64,000 bases of DNA from Styela clava. Lineage: Eukaryota. Position numbers and translations under genes: made by a program. This document shows positions 36,701 to 49,795 of the stretch, piece by piece; the stretch's first letter is position 1; each line of letters opens with the position of its first letter. The notes beneath the pieces were generated by a model that saw only the letters and a program-made list of their open reading frames with translations, ran no database searches and was not told the origin of the DNA. The DNA lies in NCBI RefSeq assembly GCF_964204865.1, contig NC_135262.1:10106001-10170000 (forward strand). The letters are read 5' to 3'.

Positions 36701-39592
36701 TAATTTCCTGACGAGGGACACGGCGAAGTAAAACGGTGTATTGCAACATTGTGTTGGACAAAAATAAATTTCGTTAGTTCATACATCATGGATTTCTTAC
36801 ATCAAAATTTTCTCACGCAATTTGAGAGAAATTCTCAAACTACCTCGTTTCGAGAATGACAGGTAATGATCGTTATGAACTCCAAAATTGATGTGACGCA
36901 ATAACTCATTCTATATCAAAGAGGTATTACTCATTTAAAAATTTACACGTTTTAGAAATAGGAATCGTGACATTATATTTAATTGTTTATATTTCGTGTC
37001 AGCTAGTCGTGGCAAAGTGAAAAAGTCGAGGTATGAGAGCATTTCATGAAAGACAAGACAGGAAATGAATAGCATACAGGAAAGAATCTTTTACGTAGAT
37101 TATTTATGGCATCATAAATGGGCCACTACCTCAACAAATATTTTTATAAAAGCATATAGCCAAAATATGAATCGGATTAAATTTGCTGCAGAATTAGCTA
37201 TTATAATGAAAATTGACTACAATGGCGCCAACCGGATATCCGGAATCAACCAGATCCTAATGACAAAAGTGCTATCAGTCAATACCGCGTATACGTTCTT
37301 TAGTGCGACCGAGTGTGCGACAGTGGTAATGTTATCATAAGCTATAAGTTTATACATCTCAATCATTAATAGCAGATAGTCATTGTGCAAATTTACTAAA
37401 AATAAATAGCATTTTTCATTGTAATATAGTCATTTTCGGTACAAACTAAATCCGGGAGACCAAAAAAATCAAGACCGCTGAATTATAATCGTACAATTGA
37501 TTTTATTAAATTTTTATTTTAATTATTCGTCTGCTTTAAATGGAAAAAGGACTAATCTTAGTACTAATTGCTATGGTCGCAATATCCACTATAATTAAAT
37601 CATATAATCCAACTTGTTCTAAATATTTAATCACTGTTTACGAGTTTCTCATCTACTTTCCAGGCGTTTTGTTCGAAAGCATGAACTATGCTTTAAAAAT
37701 GTGTTCATGCCTTCGCAGTGCATACTGTTATGAAAAAGCATCGATTTCAATACAATTTTGATGTCATTGATCAGTCATCGAGGTATATAAAATGTCGCTG
37801 CTTGTCAGATTTTGTATTGATTTTAATAATTAAAAGTTTTTTACTAAAGGCTAATTACAATTACTATTAAATGCTCTCGAAATTTCTGTTTTTTTTATAG
37901 ATATATACCAATTGTCGACAAACTGCAACGCTGGACTTTGTTTTGAATTTAGTCTGAAAATAGTCATAGTTTATAAAACCATGTTGTTGTTAAAATCTGC
38001 ACAACATATTAAAACAGTGATTGGCAACTGATTTGATTATTACTTGCCTGTTTTATCTTACGTTCAAGCTATCATCTCTAGGATATACCCCGCGCAACGA
38101 CCTGACGTCGATTACGCAAAATGTAACAGAGCATATCGATACATCACGTATACACGTGTAAGGGTGAGTTCGTTGGGTGTCGCCTGCGGTAATGGAAGTT
38201 CGGAATGGAAGGAAGACAATCTATATTTTAGAGGCGAAATTTTTGTATCTTACGAATAGAATCGAAAGACCCTCATGCAGGTTTCAAACACACAAAATCC
38301 TATTCCACATACAAATATCATTACCGAACGAACATGATGTGGCCCTTTGTGTTTGATTACAGGACGAAAAATAGGATACTAAGAATTGTATCTAACGGCC
38401 ATAATAGAACCCGATAGCGGATATCCTACTTTGAACAAGGAATCTGCTTATAGACATCGTTGCGTTATTAGTCACGCAAAGCGTTGCGCTAGTTTCGCGA
38501 TTGTTCTCTCTCTACGCGCCACGTAATCTGCAATCCGTGTCAACTAACATGCTATAATATAAATAATGAAAGAGATATTTTCGCTTCAGCTATGTCATGA
38601 AAACTCATTATAAGTTCTCTAACCACAATGAAATGCTTATCAAATCCACCTAGTAAAATGAAAAAATATGTCACCGACAGATCAAAATTAGTTTAATTGT
38701 ATTGTAATTAATTAGTATTATAAGTTTATAGTATTTCAAAGAAACACCGTACCTGATGAAAAAACGAATCGACCTTTTGCAGTACATACTTGAGTGTCAC
38801 ATTCATTCAGTCCCTATATCCGTATTATCTCCTTAAAGCAAAGCTAATCACAATTGTGCGTGAGACAAAACTAAGTTCTCAACATAGCATTTTTGTTTAT
38901 AGGATGATTGCATAAATCATGATGCTCTTAACGTTGTGGAGGAAGTAACCTTACATAAACTTTGCATTGTGTAAAAATGATCGACATATAGAAACATAAA
39001 ACCAATTCGTGACAAAAGATTTTATCAAATCTCCATTGAAACGAATCTAACAAATCACTGTGTGCTAAACATAATATTTAATCAATGTAGGTTCAACTAA
39101 AGCTCTATATTAAGTAAAAAATACAGACGGACTATATTTAGGAACTTGGAATGTACTTGTAATGTGGCGAGCTTCACGTAAATCTAATACATAAATTTCA
39201 AAACGGAAAATTTAACGTTTGTCGACAGATGTGGTGCACGTTACCCATTTACTGTGACTGTCTATAGATACTATAAAGTCTGAAAAAATAAAATAAAAAC
39301 GGATTCGCTGATTATTACAATATTTAAATGGGTACGTATGCTTACGTTCCGTGTCATCTGAAATTGAATAAGTAAGTTTCAATATTCATTATTGATTGAA
39401 GGCCGAATTATGATTAATTCACATGATATATTTTGGAAATACTCATGCCTACAAACAATTATAGAAAGGTTTATGATGATACTTGAGAAAGAAAAATAAG
39501 AAATTTATTTATTTCAACCTGGCCAATATTAGGGTATGATTCGTCTGACCAAGCATTTCATCAAACACTAAGGCACTATTGAAAACTCGTCT

Positions 39593-39672
39593 GTAAATTT
39601 TTTGTGGTGTGCCCCTTTCCCTGGTGCCCCAAGCACGTGCTTATATTGCTTAATGGTTAATCCAGCCCTGGT
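39593..39672. repeat. Terminal fragment of a hAT-like MITE family (…GGTTAATCCAGCCCTG); related fragments at ~20355-20397 and ~60227-60302
   Basis: Shared AAGCACGTGCTTATATTGCTTAATGGTTAATCCAGCCCTGG motif. The partner end was not found. Confidence 0.55.
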
Positions 39673-40299
39673 CATATGACCCCAATCGCCTTTAGGACTA
39701 CTCCGTATGCTGTAGCACACCGATGCATTGATCCAACAACCAAAATATTCACAATGACTGGTGCTGTTTCTTTGACGCTACCTAGTGTACGCCTCACATA
39801 TACATACAGTAAGTTGGAGGAACCAGACGTTGGTAAGCTCAATGCCGATTTCAAGTTCAAGGATCGCAGAATAATACCATATATTGATTGAAATTAAGAC
39901 TATATGTTAATCTTAAAGAAAAAATATTGTGAATTATGCGAAACTTTATAAATTATCATCCCGGTTTTAACAGTGAATTCTCTAACTTTTTAGTTGAAAG
40001 AAGATTGCTGGCACTCGTTTCTTGAGCATGGGTAAGTAAGTGATGGAGAAGAAAAGTGATGTAAATATTAGAGTTTATATTTTTTCATGATTGGCAAATA
40101 GAAGCGAAGCATTCACAAATTATATGATAAATACCTTCCGTGAATTATGGATAAAAAGTTACGCAAAAAATATCGATACTTTTAGAATTTAGTTTTAGGT
40201 TATATTGAGTAATACACAAAATAATAGAGTTTTCAATCAAGAATGACGAACTTTTGAAGAATCAGTCAAAAATTGTATTTTTATCACAAAAACAAATCG

Positions 40300-42273
40300 T
40301 TAAAAGATATTTAATCCATCTCTTCATAAATGAGAAATTAACTGTTGCAAGTATTATAATCCTTGGTTAGTGTTGTATATTTTTGAGATACATATGGAGC
40401 ACTTATATCGGGATTGAGCTGATTTTTGTCACTTAACTTCGTAACACTCATGTGCGAAAAAAGAAATTCGGTTTCATATGAATTACTTAACAACATATAT
40501 AATGCTACGGCAAATGCTTTCATGCTTTCAAAAGAGTTTAATAAGAATTCCCCTCTGAGAGAATTAGATTTACTATCGACTTCCAAGGCATTAAGTTCAC
40601 TCCCATTGAGATACGTTGTTATTACAGATTTCCGTAGTACCTAATTTATATTTTTAAATTTTGTTTTCCCAATGGCATTGCATGCAGGAAAAAATGGACT
40701 GCCAAGTAGCATAATCTCATATAGCATAACATATTCTCATATAACTCCAAAATATGGAACTACACTCCCTAGTTCATGCTCTTTCCTTGTGAAAAGCAAG
40801 TTGCAAGAATGAAGAGATAAAATCATTATCATATCACGAACATAGTAACAGCCTTGCTGCCAGTAGCTGCATATCGATACCAAAGCTACTACAGTAGTTT
40901 GATTATTGTTATGTTGAAGACTGAAGTAATCTGCCTTTATTATCACTTCTCATCAGTTAACTGTCACCGAAAAATCGGTGGGTCATTTCATGACTCGCTG
41001 GTCAATGGTACGCCATCTCTGGTATATATAATTATAGCTTACTATGTCATGAAAATGTTATTTTTTAAAACGTGAAATTACATTATTTACAGTAATAATT
41101 CGACAATTAACACTGTGAACGCCCTGAGACCTGGAGACATTACATCACAATGATTAAATGCATTCAGTTCTTTAATGCTGTTACGCAAATATGTCCGCTT
41201 TCAATATAAACATTATTGCATATGTACTATATATTTTAGCATACATAGAAACACTAAAACGTCTGAATTAATCCCCATTGAGAAACGCCTCCGCGTTGTC
41301 TTATACTGAACCAATTGGCTGCAAGATGTCATCTTAGCCCGTCACTTATAACGTTTCAACTAAACTTGATCAACTTTTGAATCCGTCCTCTTGAACCGCC
41401 TGACAACAGCAAACGGAATTGTCTGAAACAGTACTTAAATGCGCACTAACGTCTGAGTCAAGCGATTATTTAGAAGCGCTCTTCGAAATAAAGGAAGATC
41501 GGCAGCGCCAATTGTGTGTGATGATCTATAATAATACTATATTGGATAACGCGTTTGGATTACCGTCTTTGGTCAAAGCTATCCAAACCCTCTTCGTCAT
41601 GCTCCGTCAATGCGTAATAACCAGGCATTTTCAGAGACCATTTTTTCAAGGTTTACTGAAGCATAATAACATATAGATAATTGTAAGAAAATAAGAGAAA
41701 AAAATATGTATATACATTTGGATGTTGGCATATACCGCGTTTTCCCGAAAACAGGACCTAGGCTGAAAATCAAACCTAGCCTTAATTTTAAAAATTATTT
41801 CAATACGAGCCATCCCCTTAAAATAAGACCTTGGCGATAGTGCGAAATTTTGTTTGACCTAGTCGACAGCAAGAAATCTCTCCTGCACCTTTTACATGAT
41901 TAATAAACTTTATTTTGCTGTTATTTTGAATAAAAATGTGTTATTTATAAGTAAATGAACATCAGTTTTCATATTTTGTATAGATAAAAATCTCGTAACT
42001 CTTTCTTTGTAATTTTGTTTTTGATAAATTGAAATAAGAGACATACCCCCAAAATAAACCCTTGTGCTATTTTTCAAATATTAAGTTGAAAAGACCCTGT
42101 TATATTTTTTGGGAAAACGGTATATAGACAATCGTACCTTCACGACCGCCAGGAGCAGTAATAATCCGTGAATCAACCTGAAAAGAATAAGTTATTAAAA
42201 AACGGTGTTGACAAAACTTCAAAAATGAGTTACAAAAAAATCAAGCGAGTTTTATAATGACTTACAACCGCAT
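40300..42273 (-). pseudogene. Decayed spliced gene remnant downstream of GST-A (signal-peptide-like start); copies at ~48450-49760 and ~54421-55280
   Basis: ATG CGG TT|gtaagt (42273-42266) spliced to ttttcag|G TTG ATT CAC GGA TTA TTA CTG CTC CTG GCG GTC GTG gives MRLLIHGLLLLLAVV. A further AG/GT-bounded block reads MPGYYALTEHDEEG (~41564-41655). All copies carry stops, frameshifts or an insertion. Confidence 0.4.
41735..42120. mobile_element. Tc1/mariner (pogo-like) MITE
   Basis: TA|CCGCGTTTTCCCGAAAA ... TTTTTGGGAAAACGG|TA. Absent from the homologous positions in GST units B (~49605) and C (~55128). Confidence 0.85.
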
Positions 42274-42292
42274 TTCGTGGTATGGTATATAC

Positions 42293-42715
42293 CAGAGGTG
42301 GGCAAAGTTTTTTGGCCGGGTGCCGAAAATTCGGCTCAACCGTATTATGTGCACCAAGATGACGCACAACCTGAACCCTAACCTGTTACACATACTATGT
42401 TCAAGTTGTGCGCTATCTTGGTGCACATACTACGGGAGCACCAACACTTGTGTCACTTAGACAGGCGGGCCATGTAAGTGGGCCGTGGAAAGTTACATTT
42501 TATGAACAGAATTTAATTACATTGTTACAAAATCAAAAGGGGAAAACAATAAGCCGAAACTAAGTTTAATCGCAATCTCAACAAATTCTTTCGAATATTT
42601 TTTAGATCAAACATCTGAATTTCGTTTTAGTTTGGTTGTGGCAGCATCGGGCGGGCCAGATTGATTTAATCAACGGGCCGGATTTGGTCCGCGAGCCGTA
42701 GTTTGTCAATGTCTG
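42293..42715. mobile_element. hAT-type MITE with a nested fragment of the GGCACTCC/GGGAGTACC repeat family
   Basis: CAGAGGTGGGCAAA ... TTTGTCAATGTCTG, 8-bp TSD GTATATAC (42285-42292, 42716-42723), GGGCCG subterminal motifs. Absent from units B and C. Confidence 0.88.
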
Positions 42716-42774
42716 GTATATACAATAATTTCAACATTCATTTTTAATTTTGAAAAATCAGTTAATTTTCGAAT

Positions 42775-45077
42775 TTAGTTTGCATTTTTCTCTTTGTTTG
42801 CAGCCACAATTCCATCGAACATTTTTCTAAACTTTGCCACAGAATCTCCATAACAAAAAGCAACGGCGGGTATTTCTTCCATTTTCTTTTTCCATTCTAG
42901 AAGGCGTGGATATTTGTCAAAATTTAGCTCAGCAAGAAGATATTCGATACCAGCAACGACAGCAAATGCGGAATAATCTAAACAATATTACCATATTGTA
43001 AAATGCTATCAACGATTTCCTGCAATTCATTTAACAGTCTCAATTTGAATTAAAATTTTTGTGATGTTTTTCAATCAATATTTGTATCATGTTATGCAAG
43101 AATTAAAAATTACCATTATAATACCTCATTCGAAAGTTTTGACTCAAAACGAATCATAATTGAGGATATTATAACAAAATAAATTATTAATGTGAGCGCA
43201 CGATAATTATATAAAATTGTATTAGTTGAAGTTTTGTGTTGACTATGATATTGGCTGATTTCGAAATGAACCGAGTTTAAAATGGTGACAAAAATAGATG
43301 AAAACTAACGAGCTTAACAACCAAACGATCTGCTAGTGGGAAACAATTATATGGCATGTCTTCTATTTCTTTCAATACATGAGAACAATTATGCATAAAA
43401 TTTTGTGTATGAACCGAATTCTGATAGCGATTCGGATTTGTGCTCTCATTGAAGTACGTAAATCCGATTTTTGGACAATCCTGAAACGCTTCCGTTTTTA
43501 TTTCCCCAAGAGTGCCATTTCATATTTTGTCATTTCAAAGTTATAAAAAAAATTAAATCAAAGTTGCGCACTTTATTTTGGTCCTGGAAATAAAATATTT
43601 AATGAAAATTAATGGTGCTGGAAATAGCCATTTTACCTGCAACGGTAATATAATCTGACACCATATATTCTTGTTGTGTAAGTCTTCTTTCTAAACGAAT
43701 ATAGATGTCTTCTATCGCAGGCCATCGTCCAGGAATTGGACCCGTTTCTCCACGAAAAAGAACTCCAACGATATTCTGAAACAGAAAGGGAACATTGAAT
43801 TCACAGCAAATATGAATCGCTTTTAGCATAACTACATCCCTACTCTAGTGTAGGGCTACTCAACTATTTTTATCGAAGGTCCGCAAACAAAACTTCAAAA
43901 TTATTTGGGTCCGGTCTTTCCAGAAATGATATTCCGGCGTCCTTAAACGAGCACTTCCTCGACCGACTGATGATTAGTAGTAAATTAAAATTGTTTATTA
44001 TGGTGTTATAGTTCTTTTGGTATATATTCAAACTATAAAAGTCATTTTATATTAGGAAATTCAAATAGTGGGGCTAATGATCCAAAATAAATAATTAGGT
44101 GCGGTCCAAATCCAATACTCGAAAGGTCCGGATTCGGACCGCGGTCCGCCAGTTGAGTAGCCCTGCTCTAGTGTATCTTATGTCCACACATAATTGGTGT
44201 TTGGGAACAGTGGATTGAATAGGTGGAAATAATATAAACACATAATGATCATTTTTAGGTAATTACTGAATGTCTAATAAAAAGAAAAGCGTGTAATATC
44301 AATAACTTACGAAATATTCCAAAATATTTGTGAAGAACTGGAAATCTTGGAAGAGCAATTCGTTGACTTTGAACTGTGCGTTCAATTCTGTCGGATATAG
44401 TTTCTTTTCTTCGTCATTTTTCTCATATTTTGAGCAGAGATAGCAAATGATAGCCCGACTGTAAAAATACCCGTACAAGTTTAACAATAATAACCTTGAT
44501 TTGAAACAAGAAATTGAAAAATTTCAAATTTCTGCTATAGTTTTTGCAAAAGGTTTAATTTGTCTGAAACATGCTTTTCTTTGTGTAAACTTTTGTAGAT
44601 CCGCCCGGAATAAGAACAAATGTACATGCAAATGAGATCGAATCCTTTCAGTTCAGACCAGTTACGAATTTACGATCGAATTGACTAACAATAATTCCTA
44701 TCGTAAAATGTTAACACAGTAATACTAAGGCTTTCAAACAACTTCATATAATAACAGAGAACAAAGTAATATCTATCCATTAGTTATTAAATATTAATCC
44801 CTGCAATAAATAACAAACACATTTCTCGTAAAACTTTGGTTAATTACTAAATATATAAATATATAGAAATTTACCTTTCTCCTAGCCCAAAATTCCCATC
44901 AACAATATACGGTACTTTGCCTTCAGGGTTGATTGCTAAATATTCTGGACTTTTTTGATCCTTTTTTCCTAAAAGATCAATGTATTTCTTTTCGTATGGG
45001 ATTGCAAGGGCTTCTAACACCGACCAAACAACTTTAGCCGGCGGGCTTAGGGGATGCCAATAAAACGTCAATACCAT
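42775..45077 (-). CDS. Glutathione S-transferase, Ser-type theta/delta-like class, copy A (230 aa)
   Basis: Exons 45077-44875, 44458-44311, 43775-43637, 42977-42775. Motifs WHPLSPPAK (catalytic Ser), INPEGKVPYIVDG, GESRAIICYL, ITVADYS, KYPRLLEW. Frame is open. Confidence 0.92.
43851..44165. mobile_element. hAT-type MITE in GST-A intron 2
   Basis: Terminal inverted repeats TAGGGCTACTCAACT / AGTTGAGTAGCCCTG. 8-bp TSD CTCTAGTG. A single empty site (CTCGAGTG) is present in copy B at ~50928. Confidence 0.93.
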
Positions 45078-45139
45078 TTTGAATCGAGTCGCTGAAGCGT
45101 GCAGTTTTGTTCTTGATGATTTGTGACCAGTCTGAGGAA

Positions 45140-45240
45140 ACCGAGTTGGTTTTATATACAATACGGACAACTACGTCATTCTCTTAATGACGCCATAGTA
45201 TGACGGTCCTTGTCGCAATCGTTATTCAATGACATAACGA
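45140..45240 (-). promoter_or_regulatory. GST core promoter (TATA box plus clustered TGAC(G) half-sites); copies at ~51965-52065 and ~57070-57170
   Basis: TATATAAAA ~75 nt upstream of the ATG. Inverted repeat CGTCATT-N5-AATGACG conserved in all three copies. Confidence 0.6.
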
Positions 45241-48200
45241 ATGGCGTAATATTATTTTAGCGGGAAATACCAGATTTTTTTACGACATCGATGTGAAATA
45301 CTTCAACGAGCTAATCCACGCCATGTAAATTTGCTACATTCTTCGCTGCAATGTCGCAATGGAAAATCGACAGCCGCGTATGTATGCATAAAAGTATCTA
45401 TGAGTCTGACGATTGAATATTGTTAGTCCAACACTAATTTTGTGTTTAAAAACTATTGAAATATATATAAGCATATATTTTACCAGAGAATATACTTATA
45501 ATTGTTTCGTGTTAAAAAAATCAGGTCACGTGATCTCAAATTCGGGTCAAAATTTTGCTCCGGATCATTCTAGTTTAATAATATAGTGTCGTTGTCGCGA
45601 GGAAAACAATCGTCCAAATTTTCATGATTGTAATCGTTTCTATTTTCAACATCGTAAAACAATCAAGAGGTGGCAGTGGAGAAACTGCAAGAGCAAGAAA
45701 CCTCAACCAACCCTTGCAGCATTGGCATTCAGAAGTGTATTTATATTATCATTGGATGGATCCTTAACAGGAGTTAAAGCATAATAATTCTCTATTAGCG
45801 TGATAAAAGACAAGGTTTTATTTCGAAAATTTTTTGCTATACCAAAACATTTATATGGTGTGATATACTAACATAAATGTATTCCTGAACGTTTCGTCTA
45901 ACCGGGGTCAGACTTGTTCAGACAAGCATGTCTGTGCACACAAATAATGCTTATCGATTTGTTGAGTTTGTTCTTAGTATAGAATTACAATTATGGACAC
46001 TTAAAGAACAAAAGGGAAGTCAAGTTAAAATGTCAATTCATGAAGTAGCCCTGTCGTTTAGTACGGAGCAATTAAAAAAAAATAAAGCAATTATACTCAA
46101 TTATCCGACCACAGTGTTTGTTAAGTTCATGGTGGGTTCGAGGCTACAATGTCACACAACTGTCGACCGGACATAACTGTACTCTGAAAATAAGTAAAGA
46201 GCAATTATTAAACGCATAAATCATACATAACGTTTAAACTAGTAAATAATTCGAAAATTCATTGCCAGGATTGCTATGATCCAAATTTGTGAATAAAAAG
46301 TTGTTGGTTATTTTAGTTTGTCCACATTGCTTGGCTTTGAGAATTGTTTCTCAAAATCGGAAAGTCGTTCATTAAATGGCTTAGTTGACCGAAGTCCTCT
46401 TTTTCTTGATGCTCCTGGTACGTTTCGTTATTTGATATTTTGTGTCAGCCTGTTTTGCCAATATATTGCATCACGCACTTTTTATACTGAATATTCAAAT
46501 AAGTAAAATTTCCAAAGTAGCATGATTTTCTTTGATTGATGTTTAGTTGAACTTCTGTGACTTTGTCAGCGCTCGTTTATGTTTCCTCGAATATTTGTTG
46601 GTTGGTTTAGGTATTTCAGTTTTCGATCTTGCTCTAACTAGTTTGTCACACTGTCTAATATCAACAAGATTTTTTTCAAAATTTGAAAAAATGTGAATGA
46701 ATGTTTATTGGCCCTCATTCAAGTTGTAACTATTGTTGCTATTTCAGTGCTCGCTCTTAATCGAAGACCTGCACGAGATTCATCAGTGCCAAGAATATTT
46801 ATGTCATCGGCAAACAATTTGGAAATAATGAAAGACAATGTATTATATCGTGAATACCAAAAAGACCCCAAGCAAGATTCACGTAGAAACCGCCAGTGAG
46901 TAGTTGGCATGGCCGGTTCATGCCTTTCAGAGCTCCTAAGCACTTCCGATTCTGGTGCCCTCTATATATGGAAAATACTAATAATGAACTGGTGATTTAT
47001 ATGTTATCTGAATTTGAATAGAAAATATTAGTATTCAATAGTAATTTATTTAGGGGCAAATAACGATTATTTTGCATGATTTTTGTGGGTAAAAATATGT
47101 GCTGGAGCCAGCCGCGATGATTTTTCTATTTTCTTTTACATTCAATCTTACTTTTTTGCCTCGAGACCTTGCTAATTTCTATTTTCACTCTATGTGTCTT
47201 TATTACAACGCTAGCTTTATCTTTATTTTTATTTTTTCCCTGGTTTATTCTCACTACTAACGGCTTGATGCTCCCGCCAGCCTGGATTTTCATATTTTAT
47301 TTAATTTCATCTCAATTTCCCCTTGGGTCTTTATCTTTATTGTATATTTTCCTTATCTGTGAAATGACCTGGACATCGCGGATTTTTTTTTTTCTATTCT
47401 CATTCCCGTATTAATTTTCATTGCCTCGTTGCTGATTTTACGTCTTTTTTTCTTGACTGCTTGATTTCCCTACAAACTCTTTCTTGTCCGCTTCAGCCAG
47501 TCTCGATCGATGACTGTATTCATTTTTTCAATTCCATTCACATTTTTCTATTTTCCTTCATAATTTTTTATCTTAGCGCCTGATTAATTTCTTTCTGCTT
47601 GCGGATTGTATTCTTTTTTTATTCATATTTTACTTTTCTTTCACATCTCAATTTTTTCCTTGAGGTGCTCTTTTTTCAAATTTTCAATTATCCTATTCAC
47701 TCAACATTTTCTTGAGTTTTTTCATTGCACGCGCTGGTCACTCACTGGCTGCTTCGGCCAGTCTTGTTGATTACAACTATAATTTGTATTTAACTCTCAC
47801 TCGTATTCCTCACTGACGAGGGTCCTCTTAATTAACGACGTCACGCTTGGCAGCTCACGACGAGAATAATTACCCCCAAAAAATTACATTGAACATACTT
47901 CGTTGATTTAAAGCAGGTGTAATTATGCCTCAATAGAAGACGTTCAACTGGGACTATCACGTGCGATGCTTTAACTACTTAATTGTTCATTTCAGTTTAT
48001 TTTTCACAAGAAAACTATGCAATCATCGGGACAAGATACATGAGATTATTCAAAGGTGTGAGTCTGCAAACCAAATTTTTGACTGTCAGTGGATTCAGTT
48101 ATCAATAAGTTTCTTCATTATTAACCGATGATTATTTTTAGTATATTTTCCCTCATCCGATTTGTAACTTTTGTTGCTATTTCAGTACTCGCTCTTAATC

Positions 48201-49795
48201 GAAGACCTGCACGAGATTCATTACTTTCATTGAAACGAAGCATTTACAAATTATATAATAAATACCATCCAAGAATTATGGTAAAAACTTACGCAAAAAA
48301 TATCAATACTTTATGATTCATTTTTAAGTTTTAATGAGCCAATCACAAAATAATAGAGTTTTCAATATAGTAGATATCAGGGATGACGAACTTTGTAAGA
48401 AGAATAAGTCAAAAATTTTGTTTTTATCACGAAAAAAAATCGGTAAAAGATATTTAATTCATATCTTCATAAACGAGAAACATATTGTTGCATTTTCCCA
48501 CAAGTATTATAATCCTTGGTTAGTGTTGTGTAATTTCGAGATACAGATGAAACACATATATATATCGGGATTGAGCTGATTTTTGTCACTTAACTTCGTA
48601 AGACTCATGTGCGAAAACACGAATTCAGATTCATATGAATTACTGAACAACATATATATTGCTACGGCAAATGCTTTCGAAAGAGTTTAATGGGAATTCC
48701 CATCTGAGAGAATTAGATTTACTATCGACCTCCGAGGCATTAAGTTCACTCCCATTGAAATACGTTGTTATTTTTAGATTTCCGTAGTACTTAATTTAAA
48801 TTTTTTTATTTTGTTTTCCCAATGACATTGCATGCAAAAAAAGAATAGACTGCTAAGTAGCATACAGTTCTCGTATAACTCCAAAATATGGTACTACACT
48901 CCCTAGTTCATGCTCTTTTGCTGTGAAAAGAAAGTTGCAAGAAATGAAGAGATAAAATCATTATCATATTACGAACATAGTAACAGCCTTGTTGCCAGTA
49001 GCTGCATATCGATACCAAAGCTACTATAGTAGTTTGATTATTGTTATGTTGAAGTAAGCTGCCTTTATTACCACTTCTCATCAGTTAATTGTCACCGAAA
49101 AATAGGTGGGTTACTTCATGACCCGCTGACCAATGATACGTCATCTTTGGTAATTATAGCTTGCTTAGCTTGATTTTTTGAAAAACTCAAAAATATAATT
49201 ACCATGTAACCATGTTTACAGTAATAATTCACCAATTTACACTGCGAACGTCCTAAGACATTGAGATATTACACCACAATGAATGCATGACTTCAGTTCA
49301 TTAATGCTGTTACGCGCATATGGCTGTTCCCATTATAACAATATTGCAGATGTACATACTATATACTTTAAAATACATAGAAACAGCATGCATTATCTAT
49401 AATGCTATGTTGGATAACGCGTTGGGATTACCGTCTTAGGTGGTTCAAAGCTATCTTAACCCTCTTCGCCATGCTTCGTCAATGCGTAATAGCCAGGCAT
49501 TTGCAGAGCCTGTTATTTCAAGGTTTACTGAAGCATAATGGCATGAATATAATGCAACAAAATGAGAGAAAAAAATATATGTATACATTTGGATGCTAGC
49601 TTGTATATGGACAATCGTGCAATCACGACCGCAAGAAGCAGTAATAGTCTGTGAATCAACCTGAATACAAAAAGTTATATAAAACGGGTCGAAAAAACAT
49701 CAAAAAAGTCAATAATTAGTTACAAAAAAAAGTAAGTTTAGTAGTATGACATATCCATATAGTGTTTCCAACAAATATCATTCTTCAAAAATCAA

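Noticed and set aside
36705-36775. CTGACGAG motif suggesting a Penelope-type hammerhead (also at ~47815 and ~59619)
   Set aside because: No properly placed GAAA or closing stems.
31100-38700. Numerous 60-97 aa ORFs
   Set aside because: No recognisable motifs or consistent splice chain. Such ORFs are expected by chance in AT-rich intergenic or decayed-repeat DNA.
45078-45170. N-terminal extensions of the GST ORFs in the track (also 51903-52043 and 57007-57108)
   Set aside because: They run through the TATA box. The ATG of MVLTFYW matches the usual GST start.
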